Below, in pieces: positions 62,801 through 64,000 of a DNA stretch of 64,000 nt; within the stretch, counting starts at the first letter, position 1; each line of letters opens with the position of its first letter. The stretch is taken from assembly GCA_000708835.1 (NCBI GenBank), contig DF237355.1, forward strand, positions 1-64,000. The letters are read 5' to 3'. The notes below the pieces were generated by a model, which was not told where the DNA came from, ran no database searches, and saw only the letters and a program-made list of their open reading frames with translations. Position numbers and translations under genes: made by a program. Source of the DNA: Klebsormidium nitens (taxonomy: Eukaryota > Plantae > Klebsormidiophyceae).

Positions 62801-63953
62801 AAATCGTTTTCCGAGTCCGGACTGCGCTCGTGGTTCATGCCGGCCTAGAATGGGATTTAGACCCCGTCTGCAGACAAGGGCTCGTCGAAGAAATAAGGTC
62901 ATGCTCACCGTTCGAGCTCTCTGGTCCCGCTCTGAAGTGCTTGAATTTCGGGCGACGTGTGCTTCTAAATGAATCGAAACGACGGGGCAACAACGGACGA
63001 CGTCTTCAGGTTCAAATGACGTCTCGACTTGTTGGTCGATACGTCTGCTTGGTCTTCCTTTTACCGTGCGGTTTCTGCTTTCCTCAAGCGCGCGCGCCAA
63101 ATAGAGCTGTATTCTCGCCATCTTCAGCTCGAGCAGTCTTGTCTAACTGCGGCTCAGCAACTCGCAGTGCCCGTTTATTCTGTCGGCCGTGACGTTGAGA
63201 GCCGTTACTTTCGCCTTTCCGCTTGCCCAGAGAGAGTGTACTGGTAGTTGCTGTCGTCGTGGTTCGCTTGCGACGATACGGTTTTTGGAACGGGCTACGA
63301 ACATTTGCTTTCAGCACTGCTTATGGGCCTTTGTTTATTCATCTCTTCCGCTCTCGGTCTAGTGTCGGCTCATTGCTTTCCTCTCCATCTTCGCATGGTA
63401 ATGTAAGCTGCCGCGCATCACTCTCTCATCTCGAGCACGTTTTCGAAGCTCGCCGGCCGAAATTTCCGGCCAATTCTTCACCGTTGACCGTTTAGTGGCG
63501 CCTCTCGAGTCTCGATTCTCGGGCACGCCGTGTACGCCTTGGGACATGACGTTCCGTTCCGTTTACGCCTTAGGACCTGACGTTCCGTTCGGTTTAAGCC
63601 TTAGGCCTTAAGCATGAGGACGTGGCATATTTTTCACGCAGGTGCGACCCATTCTCGACGCTCCCCTTCACGTGCTACAACAACGCCGGCTCGTCCTTCG
63701 CTTGCTGCGCGGATCCGCGCTGCCCAATCCCAGGCCCGACGGCTAGCTGTGCGGGGGATCCCCCCGCCCCTCAGCCAACCCCTACACCCACACCAGCTGT
63801 CACCACCGGAGCGCCAGCTGTCACCACTGCGGCGCCAGCTGTCACCACCGGAGCGCCAGCTGTCACCACCGCGGCGCCAAGCGCTACGACGCCTGCGCCG
63901 GTCGCCACTGTTCCGGCGCCGACGGCCACCTACGTCACCGGCTCTGGCTACGT
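59814..63953 (+). CDS. secreted Cys-rich, Pro/Thr-rich modular protein; continues beyond the window
   Basis: Exon 59814-60468 has a signal peptide (SILLGSLLLFFASSISYVGA) and CC-rich repeats. Exon 61120-61254 is Pro-rich with an apparent C-run frameshift. Exons 62315-62710 and 63642-63953 each encode CDPFS.LPFTCYNNAG.SFACC.DP.C plus a Thr/Pro linker. A GTGAGT donor at 63954 implies further exons. Confidence 0.82.
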
Positions 63954-64000
63954 GTGAGTGCCCCAATCTCCTTTCCTGATGAAATGTCGCCCTTTTTCTT

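Overview
Intron-rich eukaryotic DNA, not prokaryotic: no CRISPR, rRNA or operons. The land-plant-like orthologues and exon structure suggest a streptophyte alga such as Klebsormidium (inference only). I rebuilt spliced gene models by hand from GT/AG sites and frame continuity. Contents, in order: a near-intact pogo-type DD37D transposon (304-2983), a 4x CxxC..CxxC zinc-finger ORF, an MTM1/SLC25A39-40-type mitochondrial carrier, a secreted protein with an XLG/EDR4-like domain, a plant NUMOD3-motif protein, a DUF3431 gene with an in-frame TAG, a MINDY-1/2 deubiquitinase, and a 13-exon GYGD K+ channel with a cyclic-nucleotide-binding domain. At the end are two divergent secreted Pro/Thr-rich genes sharing an unrecognised 6-Cys module. 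There are also two MITE-like elements and one assembly gap. The most unusual signal is that about ten splice junctions or stop codons in four genes carry tandem, decaying 115-185 bp copies ('echoes') of the junction in the adjacent non-coding DNA. These include six copies of the channel pore-helix exon start and one echo that forms an in-frame cassette exon. No database searches were run; family calls rest on recalled motifs.
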